Below are positions 53,009 through 53,597 of a stretch of 53,597 nucleotides of DNA, in pieces (positions within the stretch are counted from its first letter, which is position 1; each line of letters begins with the position of its first letter). The position numbers and the translations under genes were made by a program. The stretch covers positions 1 through 53,597 of the forward strand of contig JBDKTK010000417.1 of NCBI GenBank assembly GCA_039680225.1. Reading direction: 5' to 3'. Source of the stretch: Syntrophaceae bacterium (lineage in GTDB: Bacteria > Desulfobacterota > Syntrophia > Syntrophales > UBA4778). The notes below the pieces were generated by a model that did no database searches, was not told where the DNA came from, and was given only the letters and a program-made list of their open reading frames with translations.

Positions 53009-53416
53009 CTTAAAACCTCGAAAAAGACGCAATATCTTCGCGTGCGCGCTTAAGGATTAAACTGTCTAATATCTGAGAGTTCAAAAATCAAGGTTTTTAT
53101 TTCATTGCGGATTAAGCGAATCAATATAGGAGTTGATATTGCCGGATCTGGATCGAAACATAAGCACTCCGCAAGCAACAATTTGAATTACATATTCCAT
53201 TCAATATGTTGAACGTTTCATTAACGAAACCTTCCCTGAAGAGCCCTGCAGGAACCGCCTGGATCAAACTAAAACTGATATAATGGTGTATGATTTCGGT
53301 AGCTTACACGGAGAATGCCAATTTCCTCCGACTCTGGCATGATCTTTTCATATTAAGAGTGCAAAAGAGAAAACAAACCAGCCGGAATAAAAATAAAAAA
53401 TTGGAGGAAACAAAAA

Positions 53417-53597
53417 ATGAAAAAGACATTAGCCAGCCTGCTTCTCTCGGTTTTCGTAGTCCTGACCACGGCCACCTTCGGATTCGCGGAATACGCCGCG
53501 GCCGGCGCGAGCAACTTCCCCTACTTCCAGCTCGGGGCCCTTGTGGTGGGCGGCCTCATAATTATCAGCCTCAAGCAGAAATACGACAAGATCTACT
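53417..53597 (+). CDS. hypothetical exported/membrane protein, 5' fragment (runs off window)
   Basis: ATG 53417 follows the SD TGGAGGA. The sequence is MKKTLASLLLSVFVVLTTATFGFA, followed by a second hydrophobic stretch. It is not in the track because there is no stop. Confidence 0.4.
   Translation, partial: MKKTLASLLLSVFVVLTTATFGFAEYAAAGASNFPYFQLGALVVGGLIIISLKQKYDKIY

Noticed and set aside
53335-53350. TGGCAT-gatct-TTTCA upstream of the partial ORF at 53417, considered as a sigma54-like promoter.
   Set aside because: The spacing is correct, but the -12 element is TC rather than GC, and there is no enhancer-binding-protein gene nearby. It is left as unproven.

Overview
This is a 53.6 kb chromosomal window with moderately high GC and strong GC3 bias, which produces many long spurious antisense ORFs. 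The gene content fits an anaerobic Deltaproteobacteria/Desulfobacterota-like (Syntrophia-type) organism. All calls come from reading the sequence and from remembered family motifs. No searches were run.

Gene content from left to right:
- An aromatic amino-acid operon on the minus strand (aroF-aroB-pheA), preceded by an unannotated leader peptide and attenuator.
- Two tandem paralogous N-terminally anchored SAM methyltransferases and an APC permease.
- A translationally coupled methyltransferase, AlkA-like glycosylase and DUF488 trio.
- A flavodoxin-like protein and CutA.
- A two-gene ABC-type ATPase plus stand-alone Toprim-like module (OLD/PARIS/AbiL-like defence candidate).
- nnr and thiL.
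- Three tandem ~30-aa Lys-rich peptide genes, divergent from a cytoplasmic 4-PAS histidine kinase / LuxR response-regulator pair. A ~0.9 kb region with more SD-preceded small ORFs and a structured leader follows.
- A PQ-loop protein and a CopA-type P1B ATPase with TRASH/YHS N-terminal repeats.
- DUF169 plus an adenylate-forming (PaaK/F390-synthetase-like) enzyme.
- DUF364-MobB.
- An exported thioredoxin-like protein and peroxiredoxin pair.
- A Tat-exported selenocysteine formate dehydrogenase (alpha, FeS and cytochrome b subunits).
- A Met-rich protein and a cupredoxin.
- rlmI, degP, an EndoIII-like protein, a PHP hydrolase, glutaminyl cyclase and lpd.
- A class-III aminotransferase and a BKACE enzyme, convergent with lipA, a long KamA-family radical SAM protein and the glycine-cleavage operon (gcvT-H-PA-PB).
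- A polar amino-acid ABC transporter.

No rRNA, tRNA, CRISPR array or transposase was seen.

The most interesting items are:
- the Phe/Trp/Tyr leader-peptide attenuator (3190-3379);
- the ATPase/Toprim pair and its start-codon anomaly (9918-11725);
- the small-peptide family around the two-component system (14538-14879 and 18282-18392);
- a candidate SD-sequestering leader (18440-18560);
- a possible aminomutase / aminotransferase / BKACE beta-amino-acid route (39951-44833).
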